A stretch of 28,607 nt of DNA from an archaeon (GTDB lineage Archaea; Nanobdellota; Nanobdellia; Pacearchaeales; UBA284), in NCBI GenBank assembly GCA_030619955.1, contig JAUXAK010000001.1:1-28607 (forward strand), given 5' to 3'. A program made the translations under genes and the position numbers. The notes beneath the pieces are model-generated. The model worked only from the letters and a program-made list of their open reading frames with translations, was not told where the DNA came from and ran no database searches. The stretch's first letter is position 1. Each line of letters opens with the position of its first letter. Positions 9,446 through 17,722 of the stretch are shown piece by piece.

Positions 9446-9478
9446 AAAAATTTAAAAGCCGGAGTGCTTAAAAAACTT
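9446..9478. promoter_or_regulatory. Compact divergent promoter region between metG and the P-loop kinase gene
   Basis: 33-bp gap. TTTAAAAG at 9451-9458 (+) lies 28-21 nt before ATG 9479. TTTTTAAG at 9474-9467 (-) lies 29-22 nt before ATG 9445. Confidence 0.5.
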
Positions 9479-10051
9479 ATGTTAATTATTGGCTTGACAG
9501 GAACAAAAGCAGGTGGAAAAGGTGAGATTGCAAATTACTTGAAAGAAAAAGGTTTTGTGTATTTCTCTCTGTCAAATATTGTTAGAGAAGAAGCAGCAAG
9601 AAGGGGCTTAAAAAATTACACTATCAAAGATTTACAAGATATTGGAAATGATTTAAGACAGAAACATGGTTTAGGTGTTCTTGCTGAAATGGCTATCAAG
9701 AAGATAGAACAAGAAAAAAAGAGAAAAAAAGAAAAATTTGTTATTGATGGTATTAGAAATCCAGGTGAAATAATTGCTTTTTGCAAATTAAAAAATTTTT
9801 ATCTTATTGCAGCTGATGCTCCACAAGAACAAAGGTTTAAATGGCTTGTTGCTCGAAGCCGTGAAAGTGACCCAAAAACTTGGCTTGAGTTTTTAAAGAT
9901 GGATGCCAGAGATCAAGGAAATGAAGAGCAGAAAGTTGGCCAGCAGGTTAAAGCATGCATGAAGATGGCTGATTTTCACATTGAAAATGATTCAACAATT
10001 GGAGCATTGCATAAGAAGGTTGATATAATTTTAAAAACAATAGAGAAATAA
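9479..10051 (+). CDS. P-loop nucleotide kinase, dephospho-CoA kinase-like / UPF0200 family
   Basis: IIGLTGTKAGGKG P-loop, SLSNIVREEA, VIDGIRNPGE, ADFHIEND. True start is 9479; the track's 9275 start runs antisense into metG. Confidence 0.8.
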   Translation: MLIIGLTGTKAGGKGEIANYLKEKGFVYFSLSNIVREEAARRGLKNYTIKDLQDIGNDLRQKHGLGVLAEMAIKKIEQEKKRKKEKFVIDGIRNPGEIIAFCKLKNFYLIAADAPQEQRFKWLVARSRESDPKTWLEFLKMDARDQGNEEQKVGQQVKACMKMADFHIENDSTIGALHKKVDIILKTIEK

Positions 10052-10089
10052 TAAAAATATCAGCTTTGCATAGAAAAAATATAAAAGAT

Positions 10090-10587
10090 TTAATATTTAA
10101 TTTCTGTTTCTGTTAAACCTTTTAATTCTTCAAGTTTTTTAGATTGTGGTTTAAGCAATCCATAATAAAATAGTGCTACTTGCTCTTTTGGCAAGTTTGT
10201 AACATTTGTAACAAGATTTATATAAAATTCATCTGGAAAATCTCTCCTTTCTTTTAATCCATAAGCTAATATTGTTTTTGTTCTTCCAAGTCTTCTCTCT
10301 TTCATTTTTTCTTGTAAAGGCAAACTTTCTTTTGGATATTCTTCAATAAACCAGTTAACAGCTTGATTCATTGGTATTTTTCCTGCCCTTCCTTTTTTTG
10401 AGGTTATCATAATTATAGCAGGACTTTTTTTACTTATTTCTTCACCTGTTTTTAATCTAGAATAAATTTCAGTTGTATTTTCTTGTTCAGCATGAGTTAA
10501 ATAAGCACCCATACTTGCTATAGATCTTCCTTCTCTTGCACATGCTACTGTAAATTCTACAAGGTCTGTTAACTCTTTTGATGCCAT
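10090..10587 (-). CDS. Hypothetical protein, 165 aa
   Basis: Open ORF with TATA-like TTTATATA about 25 nt upstream. No family recognised. Confidence 0.65.
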   Translation of the reverse strand: MASKELTDLVEFTVACAREGRSIASMGAYLTHAEQENTTEIYSRLKTGEEISKKSPAIIMITSKKGRAGKIPMNQAVNWFIEEYPKESLPLQEKMKERRLGRTKTILAYGLKERRDFPDEFYINLVTNVTNLPKEQVALFYYGLLKPQSKKLEELKGLTETEIKY

Positions 10588-10669
10588 AATAACATCTAGA
10601 AAGAATAGTATATAAAATTTTATTAATTCGAAAATATATATTAGAATGTTTAAAACATAACTTGCTTTT

Positions 10670-10740
10670 GCGCCAGTAGTCTAGTGGTACGACGCGAGCT
10701 TCCCAAGCTTGCAATGCGGGTTCGATTCCCGCTTGGCGCA
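10670..10740 (+). tRNA. tRNA-Gly(CCC)
   Basis: Acceptor GCGCCAG/TTGGCGC plus A73. Anticodon arm CGAGC-TTCCCAA-GCTTG. T-arm GCGGG-TTCGATT-CCCGC. No intron, CCA not encoded. Confidence 0.97.
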
Positions 10741-10777
10741 TCAAAAAATATTTAAAAGCTTTTTACTAGAAAGAAAT

Positions 10778-11356
10778 ATGAAGGTTGGAATAAAAGTTGG
10801 TGATATAATAACAAGGAAATTTGTATCAGTAGATCCAAATATAACTATAATGGAATGTGCAAAATTAATGACTAAAAAAGGAGTTGGTTCTCTTGTAGTT
10901 AAAAAAGACCAGAAAATTAAGGGCATAGCTACTGAAGGTGACATAATTAAGGCTGTAGCTAAAGGTTTAAACATAAGCAAAACAAAGGTAGATAAAATCA
11001 TGACAAAAAAAATTATAGGAATTTCTCCAAGTAAGGATATTTATGATGCTCTTGTTATGATGAAAAAAAAGAAGGTGAGATGGCTGCCAGCTCTTATTAA
11101 TAAAAATATTATTGGTCTGCTTACTGAAAAAGATATTCTTAAGATTCAGCCAGATTTATTTGACATTGCAATTCAAAATATGAGAATTGCAGAAGAAAAA
11201 GAAAAATTTAAACGCATTAGGGCTGTTGATGAATATCGTTGGGTTAGAGAAGGCCCTTGTCAGGAATGTGGTGCTTTTGACCTTCTTTACAAAGTAGGCA
11301 ATCGTTATTTATGTGCTACCTGCCGCAAACATGATGAAGGCCCCTGGGAAGAATAA
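10778..11356 (+). CDS. CBS-pair protein with C-terminal Zn-ribbon (TA0289-like architecture)
   Basis: Two CBS repeats (VGDIITRKFVSV..GSLVV..GIATEGDI; IMTKKIIGI..GLLTEKDIL) followed by CQECG...LCATC. Start moved to 10778 because the track's start lies inside tRNA-Gly. Confidence 0.88.
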   Translation: MKVGIKVGDIITRKFVSVDPNITIMECAKLMTKKGVGSLVVKKDQKIKGIATEGDIIKAVAKGLNISKTKVDKIMTKKIIGISPSKDIYDALVMMKKKKVRWLPALINKNIIGLLTEKDILKIQPDLFDIAIQNMRIAEEKEKFKRIRAVDEYRWVREGPCQECGAFDLLYKVGNRYLCATCRKHDEGPWEE

Positions 11357-11385
11357 AACTTATTAAATAAATAAAGAAAAACATA

Positions 11386-11787
11386 TTAAAGAAATTCTCT
11401 CTTTCTTTTTCTGTGTTGTCTGCTGTCATGCTTTGTCATTAGGTGTTGTATGAATGTTGCTAATCCTTCTACATGACTAATTTTTTCTTTTATTAAAGCA
11501 ATTCTCAGCCTATCATTTACTTTAATTCCCTTTCTAACAAGATTTTTTTTAATTAAATAATAAAATTGTTTTCCTTTTTTATCAAAATCAGTTAAAATAA
11601 TGCATTCTCGCTTTTTATTTATTATTTCAGAAATTTTATCTAACTTTGAGTACAAGGGCTTGCCGCTTAATATAAAAATATTATTAAACCCAAGTTCTTT
11701 AAGAGCAGCTTTGTCTTTTTTATCTTCCACTATGACAAGAGAAGAAGATTCTTTAGCTCTATTGATTTCTTCTATCAAATCTTTCAT
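11386..11787 (-). CDS. Small stand-alone TOPRIM domain protein (UPF0292-like)
   Basis: VIVE(D)KKD..AL and IILTDFDKKG (DxD). C-terminal ISHVEGL. Confidence 0.85.
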   Translation of the reverse strand: MKDLIEEINRAKESSSLVIVEDKKDKAALKELGFNNIFILSGKPLYSKLDKISEIINKKRECIILTDFDKKGKQFYYLIKKNLVRKGIKVNDRLRIALIKEKISHVEGLATFIQHLMTKHDSRQHRKRKREFL

Positions 11788-11821
11788 GTTAATATTAATC
11801 AGATAGGATTGTGGAGCCTCC

Positions 11822-12469
11822 TTAGAGAAATTTATTCAATTCATTTAGAGATTTAATTTTATTTGGATAATTTAGGTATTTATTTTTTCTATCAATAAGA
11901 ATTGCTTTGATTCCAAACTTTTTAGCTGGTTCAATATCATCTTTTAAAGAATCTCCTATCATCAAAACTTCATTTCTTTTTACCTTTAACTTCTCTAACA
12001 TTATTTTAAAAACTCTAGAATTTGGTTTTAAAATTCCAATTTCATAAGATTTTAGAATAACATCAAATAATTTTGTTATATTAAATCTTTTATTTAGTTG
12101 CTGAAAACTATAATAAAAAGTATTTGTTATTAAACTTAATTTATAACCTCCTTTTTTTAATTCACCTAAAATTTTCAATGTTTCTGGATACGGTTTCTTT
12201 TGTGATGTCCTTCTTCTTTCTAATAATTTAATTAATCCTAAAATCAATTTTTTATTATAGCTAATTCCTAACTCTTTTAACAAATTTTCAATAGGAATTT
12301 TCAAATTATAATGTTTTTCTAACATTAAATATTTCTCAAAAATTTTTAGAAATTCATAATCATCAAAATTTTGATTAATTTTTTTTGCAAATTTTCTGAA
12401 TGGATGCTCGCCTCTAACTTCATCATAAAACAAAGTTCCCCACAAATCAAAAATAACTGCCTTAATCAT
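11822..12469 (-). CDS. HAD superfamily hydrolase (subfamily IA)
   Basis: IKAVIFDLWGTL, LITN, ILKP, MIGDSLKDDI. Confidence 0.92.
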   Translation of the reverse strand: MIKAVIFDLWGTLFYDEVRGEHPFRKFAKKINQNFDDYEFLKIFEKYLMLEKHYNLKIPIENLLKELGISYNKKLILGLIKLLERRRTSQKKPYPETLKILGELKKGGYKLSLITNTFYYSFQQLNKRFNITKLFDVILKSYEIGILKPNSRVFKIMLEKLKVKRNEVLMIGDSLKDDIEPAKKFGIKAILIDRKNKYLNYPNKIKSLNELNKFL

Positions 12470-12516
12470 ATAAATATGTTTTAATTAATTTTATTTAAAC
12501 CTATCGGGGGTTCAGG

Positions 12517-12963
12517 CTAGATTTCTTCATGTCCGAATTTTTTAATCTTCTTTTTCATAGAAAGTGGCATTTCCCAAATATTCTTAATCATATCAATTGA
12601 AATTCTTGATGCTTCCTTTCTTGCTTTTTTAATTTCCTTTTTATTTAAATATGGATACAATGGACATTTTATGATTTCATAAAATCTTTTCCCTTTTTTA
12701 TAATAAGGTATAATTGGCCATGCCAAACATAATCTTGGTTTAACCTTTTGAATTTCACAAGAATAATCTTTTTTCAAATATGGGCATACCTGTTGTTTTG
12801 TTTTGACATCATATAATCCTTTACCAATTTTAATAAAGTAATCTTTAAATCCTGCCTTTAAAATTTTATTTTTCTCTTTTTCTGTTAATGTTGGCCCGTC
12901 TAATTTACAACAAAATGCTTTACACTTTTTGCAGACCTCAAGGAACTTATAAAATTTGGGCAT
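12517..12963 (-). CDS. YkgJ-family cysteine cluster (CxxCxxCC) protein
   Basis: CKKCKAFCC, CPYL, CEIQKVKPRLCLAWP, CPL. Confidence 0.88.
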   Translation of the reverse strand: MPKFYKFLEVCKKCKAFCCKLDGPTLTEKEKNKILKAGFKDYFIKIGKGLYDVKTKQQVCPYLKKDYSCEIQKVKPRLCLAWPIIPYYKKGKRFYEIIKCPLYPYLNKKEIKKARKEASRISIDMIKNIWEMPLSMKKKIKKFGHEEI

Positions 12964-13047
12964 TATCTTAGCAATAATTTAGATGTTTATAAAAATTACT
13001 AAATGCTCAACTTTTCTTAATACTTTTCTCATTTTCTTTTGAGAGCA

Positions 13048-13121
13048 TGGGCCCGACGCGATTCGAACGCGCGACACCCTGGTTAAGAGCCAGGTGCTCT
13101 AACCAACTGAGCTACGGGCCC
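13048..13121 (-). tRNA. tRNA-Lys(CTT)
   Basis: Minus strand GGGCCCGTAGCTCAGTTGGTTAGAGCA CCTGG-CTCTTAA-CCAGG GTGTC GCGCG-TTCGAAT-CGCGT CGGGCCC A. CCA not encoded. Confidence 0.98.
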
Positions 13122-13247
13122 ATTTTATATTAATGTTAAATTTGTTTATAAATTTTTATAAAAAATTGAGAAGAAGAATTTCTAAGCGATTACTATGATA
13201 TATCTTATACTTATTATTAAAGAATCAGATTTTAGATTCAGGTAGTT

Positions 13248-13556
13248 TCATGTATATTCGCGCCATGAGTGTTTGCATTTCACACATTTAAAGAACCTTG
13301 TTTCAGCTTCATCTCCAGCACGAGTTTGAGCAGTAAAATAATAAGCCTTGCAATGGCCACATTTTGGGCAAGTTTCAGAAACAACAGGCCACACATTTGA
13401 TTCTTTTTCATGCAGAACATCTATTTTTATTTTTTTTGCAACTTTTTCACTAGAAACAAGCTTTACTTTTTCTTTACTAACATATCTGCATTTAGGACAT
13501 GCAAATCTCTTTTTTTTCTGCACAAGAACTGAACCGCACTTAGGACAAAATTTCAT
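13248..13556 (-). CDS. tfs: Transcription elongation/cleavage factor TFS (RpoM/TFIIS family)
   Basis: MKFCPKCGS..CPKC first Zn ribbon. CPKCG..QTRAGDEAETRFFKCVKC second ribbon with the acidic DE hairpin. Start at 13556 preferred. Confidence 0.95.
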   Translation of the reverse strand: MKFCPKCGSVLVQKKKRFACPKCRYVSKEKVKLVSSEKVAKKIKIDVLHEKESNVWPVVSETCPKCGHCKAYYFTAQTRAGDEAETRFFKCVKCKHSWREYT

Positions 13557-13646
13557 TGTATTTACTTTGTTTTTGACTTTAAAAACCTTACGTTTAAGCA
13601 AGCTTGATTTCGAAAGTTTTTTAATCTTATTACCTTTTTAATTATA

Positions 13647-13952
13647 ATGAAAATTATAAATAAGGTTTTTATTGTCATGGCTCTTTTTATTTTGTTAGTA
13701 GCAGTTTCTGGTCAGCAGGGATGTTATGGGGAATGCTCTTCTAATTCTGATTGTGTAAAAACACAAGTAACATGCTGTCCTTGTAATATGGGCGGCAGGG
13801 AGCAGTGTATCCCTTTCATGCTATCTTCTTTATATCGAGACAAATTAAAAAAATGTCCTTCTGAAGACCAGCTTGTTTGTGCTGCTATTTATAATTGTGA
13901 AATCAAAAACTGTTCATGTGTAAATGGCAATTGTGTTGAAGTAAAAAAATAA
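13647..13952 (+). CDS. Small exported cysteine-rich protein (possible lipoprotein)
   Basis: Basic N-terminus, hydrophobic helix ending SGQQGC, 13 Cys in 101 aa. Confidence 0.75.
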   Translation: MKIINKVFIVMALFILLVAVSGQQGCYGECSSNSDCVKTQVTCCPCNMGGREQCIPFMLSSLYRDKLKKCPSEDQLVCAAIYNCEIKNCSCVNGNCVEVKK

Positions 13953-13961
13953 AAAATAAAA

Positions 13962-14360
13962 ATGAAGAAAAAAAATATTAAAGATAATAAAGAAAAAGAA
14001 GAAAAACAAAAATTAGAGAAATTAAAAAAGCTAAAACTACTTCCTAGTTTGCGTGAAAAAAGACATTATCTCGTTTTAATTATAAATGATAAAAAGTTAA
14101 ATAATAAAAAAATCAAGGAGATTATTAATAAAGCTATTCTTAATTTTATTGGAGTGTTGGGTTATGCAAAAGCAGGCCCTTTGTTTGTTGAGATGGGACA
14201 GACAGGAAAAAGAAAAACTGATGAAAATTTTTATGTCATTTTAAGTGTTACAACAAAACATGTTGATGTTGTTAGAGCATCTCTTGCTTTGACAAATGTA
14301 AAATGCATTGGTGTTAGTGGCACAATAAAAAAAGCAAAGGAAAAGTTTTTGAGAATTTAG
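13962..14360 (+). CDS. rnp2: Ribonuclease P protein component Pop5/Rpp14
   Basis: LPSLREKRHYL and GVSGTIKKAKEKFL signatures. Lys-rich N-terminal extension. Confidence 0.88.
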   Translation: MKKKNIKDNKEKEEKQKLEKLKKLKLLPSLREKRHYLVLIINDKKLNNKKIKEIINKAILNFIGVLGYAKAGPLFVEMGQTGKRKTDENFYVILSVTTKHVDVVRASLALTNVKCIGVSGTIKKAKEKFLRI

Positions 14361-14366
14361 AGATCT

Positions 14367-14828
14367 CTAAAAATAATATTTATTGGGAAAATTCAATGTT
14401 TCTTTTATTTCTTCAAAATTTAAACCGCCTTCATTGTAACATTCGCTTAGTTCCTGTTTGAATGAATCTAAAAAATCTCTGTCTTTAAATAAAGAATCAA
14501 GAAAATTTTTATCATATCTATCATAATTTAATTTGATTCCTAAAACACTTAGAGAGTTAATAATTGAAACTATTTTATCTAAATATTCAAAATCAAAATA
14601 GTCTTTTGTTTCAAGTTTTTGAAAAATTTTTTCTTTTAAAGCCCTTTCTAAATCACTCTTAAAAGAGTTGGTAGGATCTTTATAGAGACATTCTCGAAAT
14701 TTTTCTTCTGCTAAATTTACAGTGAAAAAAGGATCATAATCTCTATGTTCTTTGTCAAACTTATTCAGACTATTTAAAGAGAGATTATAGTTATCTTTTA
14801 CTTCTAGCCTTCTTGAACCTCGTGCCAT
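14367..14828 (-). CDS. Hypothetical acidic protein, 153 aa
   Basis: Open ORF filling the gap between Pop5 and rfcL, with its own TATA-like element. No motif recognised. Confidence 0.55.
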   Translation of the reverse strand: MARGSRRLEVKDNYNLSLNSLNKFDKEHRDYDPFFTVNLAEEKFRECLYKDPTNSFKSDLERALKEKIFQKLETKDYFDFEYLDKIVSIINSLSVLGIKLNYDRYDKNFLDSLFKDRDFLDSFKQELSECYNEGGLNFEEIKETLNFPNKYYF

Positions 14829-14912
14829 TTTCTTTTTATATATTCATTGCATATTTTATAAAGATTATTGTATTAAAAAATATTTAATAGAATATTTAAC
14901 AAAAAATTGAAT

Positions 14913-16133
14913 TTATCTTGTTAGCCATTCAATTTCTTCAGGTTCAAGTTTTAATTCTGATGCAAATTTTTCTCTTTCTTTTGTTTTTGTATTTTTAAAA
15001 GCTATTTGCAAAAAAGAAAGTTCTTGATAAGCTTTTTTCTTTGATATATGTGTTTTTTTTGCAAGTTTTTTAGCTATTGAATGTTTTTTTGCTTGTTTTT
15101 GTTTAACTAACCATATTTTTAAGATACGTGATGGTGGTTTATAAGATGTAAAGCCATCTTTTGATTCTTTTTTTACACAAGCAATGCCTTGTGCAAGTAA
15201 TTGCATAATATAAGATAAAAAACGCCAATGCTGCTGCCTTCGAATCCTGCCGCGAAAAACATCTGCTTTGCTCAGCATTTTATATGCTTTAGCTAGTTCA
15301 TTTCCATGATATTCGATAGGAATATTTTCATCTAACCATAAGAAAAAATCATCATAGCTCATGTTTTTTACTTGGTCAAAAACATTTAGTGCATTTTTTG
15401 ATTTGAAAATTAAACGCAATGCACTAAAAATATTCTCATCTTTTTCCCTGCCTATGCTGTATAATTCTGTTACATGTTTTTTTGTTATCTCTTTGTTAGG
15501 TTTGTTAGAAGCTAAAAATGAAAGAGTCTGCAAATCATTTATTGCTGCTCTAGCATCTCCCTGAACCATTGAAGCAAGAATTTCAATAGCATCTTTAGAA
15601 ATTTTTAATTTTTCTTTTTTAGATATTTTTGATAAAACAAAAACAAGATTTTTTTTATCAAGAGCTTTAAGTTCCAGAAGCTGAACTTTTGATCTTAATG
15701 GCCTTAACTTGGTTTGCCAGGCATCATTTGCTGTAAGCAGAATAGGATATGCTGTTCCTTGTATTAATCTAATAAGTTCTTGCAAGCCGCCTCTATCTTT
15801 TGTTCCTGAAACACCCTCAAGCTCATCAACAAGAATGATTTTACTTTTTCTAAACAAACTTTGCTGTTTTGCTGCCTGCCCCATAACATCCTGAATTTGT
15901 TTTTTGTTTCTAAGGTCAGATGCATTCAGTTCAATAATCTCAAAACTTAGTTCAGAAGCAAATACATGAGCTAAAGTTGTTTTGCCACTTCCAGCAGGAC
16001 CATAAATTAATAATGCTCTTTTTTTTTGGCTTTTGAAATTTTTTATAAAATCAAGAGCTTTTTGCTTAGCTTCAAAATGGCCAGCAAGCTCATTCAAATT
16101 TCTAGGTCTGTATTTTTCTGTCCAAGGAATCAT
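14913..16133 (-). CDS. rfcL: Replication factor C large subunit
   Basis: PWTEKYRP, Walker A GPAGSGKTT, ELNASD, Walker B ILVDE, GDARAAINDLQ, WLDENIP, SKADVFRGRI. Confidence 0.96.
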   Translation of the reverse strand: MIPWTEKYRPRNLNELAGHFEAKQKALDFIKNFKSQKKRALLIYGPAGSGKTTLAHVFASELSFEIIELNASDLRNKKQIQDVMGQAAKQQSLFRKSKIILVDELEGVSGTKDRGGLQELIRLIQGTAYPILLTANDAWQTKLRPLRSKVQLLELKALDKKNLVFVLSKISKKEKLKISKDAIEILASMVQGDARAAINDLQTLSFLASNKPNKEITKKHVTELYSIGREKDENIFSALRLIFKSKNALNVFDQVKNMSYDDFFLWLDENIPIEYHGNELAKAYKMLSKADVFRGRIRRQQHWRFLSYIMQLLAQGIACVKKESKDGFTSYKPPSRILKIWLVKQKQAKKHSIAKKLAKKTHISKKKAYQELSFLQIAFKNTKTKEREKFASELKLEPEEIEWLTR

Positions 16134-16144
16134 TTTTTTAAAAT

Positions 16145-17155
16145 TTATTTATTTTTTCCAGCAAGAACAAAACTTGCAAGTAAACTCTCGAGTTGAATAA
16201 ATTCATCACTTCCTTCTACAAGATGAAACTCAGTTTCACCGCATTTTTCAATCATAGACATTTTTTGTTCTTCTCCCAACTTTAGATTCCAGATTTCTTT
16301 TTGTATTGCTTTGATAATATCAAGACCACCAAGTCCTTGCTTTAACATTGTATCAAGAAGCAGATTTCTTGCTACAATAAATTCTCCATTCAAAGCTTTT
16401 TCTAATATCTTTTTAATATCTTCTGGTTTAGCTTCTGATATAATTTCAGCAATTATGTTTTCATCTATGTTCTTTGTAATGCTTGCACTTGCCTGCAACA
16501 AATTAATAACCCGGCGCAAATCACCTTTGCTTTTATTATAAATTACTTCAATTGCTTTATCATTAATTTTTAATTTTTCTTCTCTGGAAATTTTTTCTAT
16601 TATTTTTGCTATGTCTTTTTTATCTAGGAGCTTAAATCTAAAAATGCTGCATCTGCTTTGTATTGGTTCTATAATTTTGCTACTAGCATTACAACTTAAA
16701 ATAAAACGGCAGGTTCCAGTAAATAGCTCCATTGTTCTTCTTAGAGCATTTTGAGCTTCTTTTGTTAAAGCATCGCTTTCATCAAGAAAAATAATTTTAA
16801 AAGGAACATCTCCTAAAGCTTTCGTTCTTGCAAAACTCTTAACTTGCTGTCTTACAACATCTATGCCTCTCGTATCACTTGCATTAAGCTCAAGAAAATT
16901 TTCATGCCAACTCTCATCAAAAAGTTTTTTTGCTATAATTAATGAAAGAGTTGTTTTGCCGCTTCCAGGAGGGCCTGCAAAAAGCAGATGAGGCATGTTT
17001 CTTGACTGAACAAAAGCCCTTGTTCTATTAACAATTTCAACATGTCCAATTACATCATTAAAATCATGAGGCCTGTATTTTTCTGTCCAAATCACTGAAT
17101 CAAATTCCTTGCCTTCCTTACCTTTGTTTTTGTCCTTAGCTTTTTTCATTCTCAA
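16145..17155 (-). CDS. rfcS: Replication factor C small subunit (no intein)
   Basis: WTEKYRP, PHLLFAGPPGSGKTT, ELNASDTRGIDVVR, LDESDALT, AQNALRRTME, IQSRC, GDLRRVINLLQ. Confidence 0.97.
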   Translation of the reverse strand: MRMKKAKDKNKGKEGKEFDSVIWTEKYRPHDFNDVIGHVEIVNRTRAFVQSRNMPHLLFAGPPGSGKTTLSLIIAKKLFDESWHENFLELNASDTRGIDVVRQQVKSFARTKALGDVPFKIIFLDESDALTKEAQNALRRTMELFTGTCRFILSCNASSKIIEPIQSRCSIFRFKLLDKKDIAKIIEKISREEKLKINDKAIEVIYNKSKGDLRRVINLLQASASITKNIDENIIAEIISEAKPEDIKKILEKALNGEFIVARNLLLDTMLKQGLGGLDIIKAIQKEIWNLKLGEEQKMSMIEKCGETEFHLVEGSDEFIQLESLLASFVLAGKNK

Positions 17156-17317
17156 ATTATATTTATATTCTTTAAAAAACTTTCTAAAAAATAATGCTTT
17201 TTTTGTATAATTTATCTTTTTTTCCTCAATATCTTAACAATAGCCAATGTTTTTTATTAATTTAATAAGGATAACATAACGAAAGATTTAAAAACTAAAC
17301 TTTATTTTTAGAAAAAA

Positions 17318-17719
17318 ATGAGTTTAGATGAAGAAATTCCAAATGTACTCTGGCCTAATGAAACTGGAGAATATAAGATTATACAAATTTGTAATAATAT
17401 AAACCAACCATATTTAAGGTTTAGTGAAAAACTAAAAGACAGAGCTACTGATGAGTTCCATAGAGAGATTCTTGAAAGATTTGCAAAAGAGATTAATATT
17501 TCATGCGGAAAGAAAAAAAGTTGTGATGGAGATTGGATGGTTCCAATTTTGCCAGAATCATCAAATTATAGAATACTTGGAATGGGTAAGTGTTTTTTTA
17601 ATGCAGAAAAAAAAGAGGCGGAATTCTATGGTAAGAGCAGGGATTATGGAGTTAGGGTTGATGAAGAACATTTAAAATTAATCAAGTCTTTTTTTACAGA
17701 CATAAACATAAAGAAATAG
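17318..17719 (+). CDS. Putative Janus/Ocnus (PHPT1-like) phosphohistidine phosphatase homolog
   Basis: Collinear motif match to human PHPT1 as I recall it: IPNV..GEYK vs IPDV..GVFK; YLR vs IVR; EFHREI vs EYHADI; ILGMGK vs CLGGGR; FYGKSRDYG vs VYGYSMAYG. TATA TTTAAAAA at 17287-17294. Confidence 0.7.
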   Translation: MSLDEEIPNVLWPNETGEYKIIQICNNINQPYLRFSEKLKDRATDEFHREILERFAKEINISCGKKKSCDGDWMVPILPESSNYRILGMGKCFFNAEKKEAEFYGKSRDYGVRVDEEHLKLIKSFFTDINIKK

Positions 17720-17722
17720 AAT

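Noticed and set aside
11720-11735. TOPRIM motif reads VIVED instead of VIVEG
   Set aside because: The catalytic Glu and DxD are intact. A single substitution is not enough to claim anything.
11386-13047. Possible islet integrated at the 3' end of tRNA-Lys (YkgJ, HAD, TOPRIM)
   Set aside because: No duplicated tRNA 3' end (att site) and no integrase found. The GC-rich patch at about 12500-12516 does not match the tRNA.
16145-17155. Intein in RFC small subunit (a common insertion site)
   Set aside because: The protein is 336 aa with continuous motifs and no insertion.
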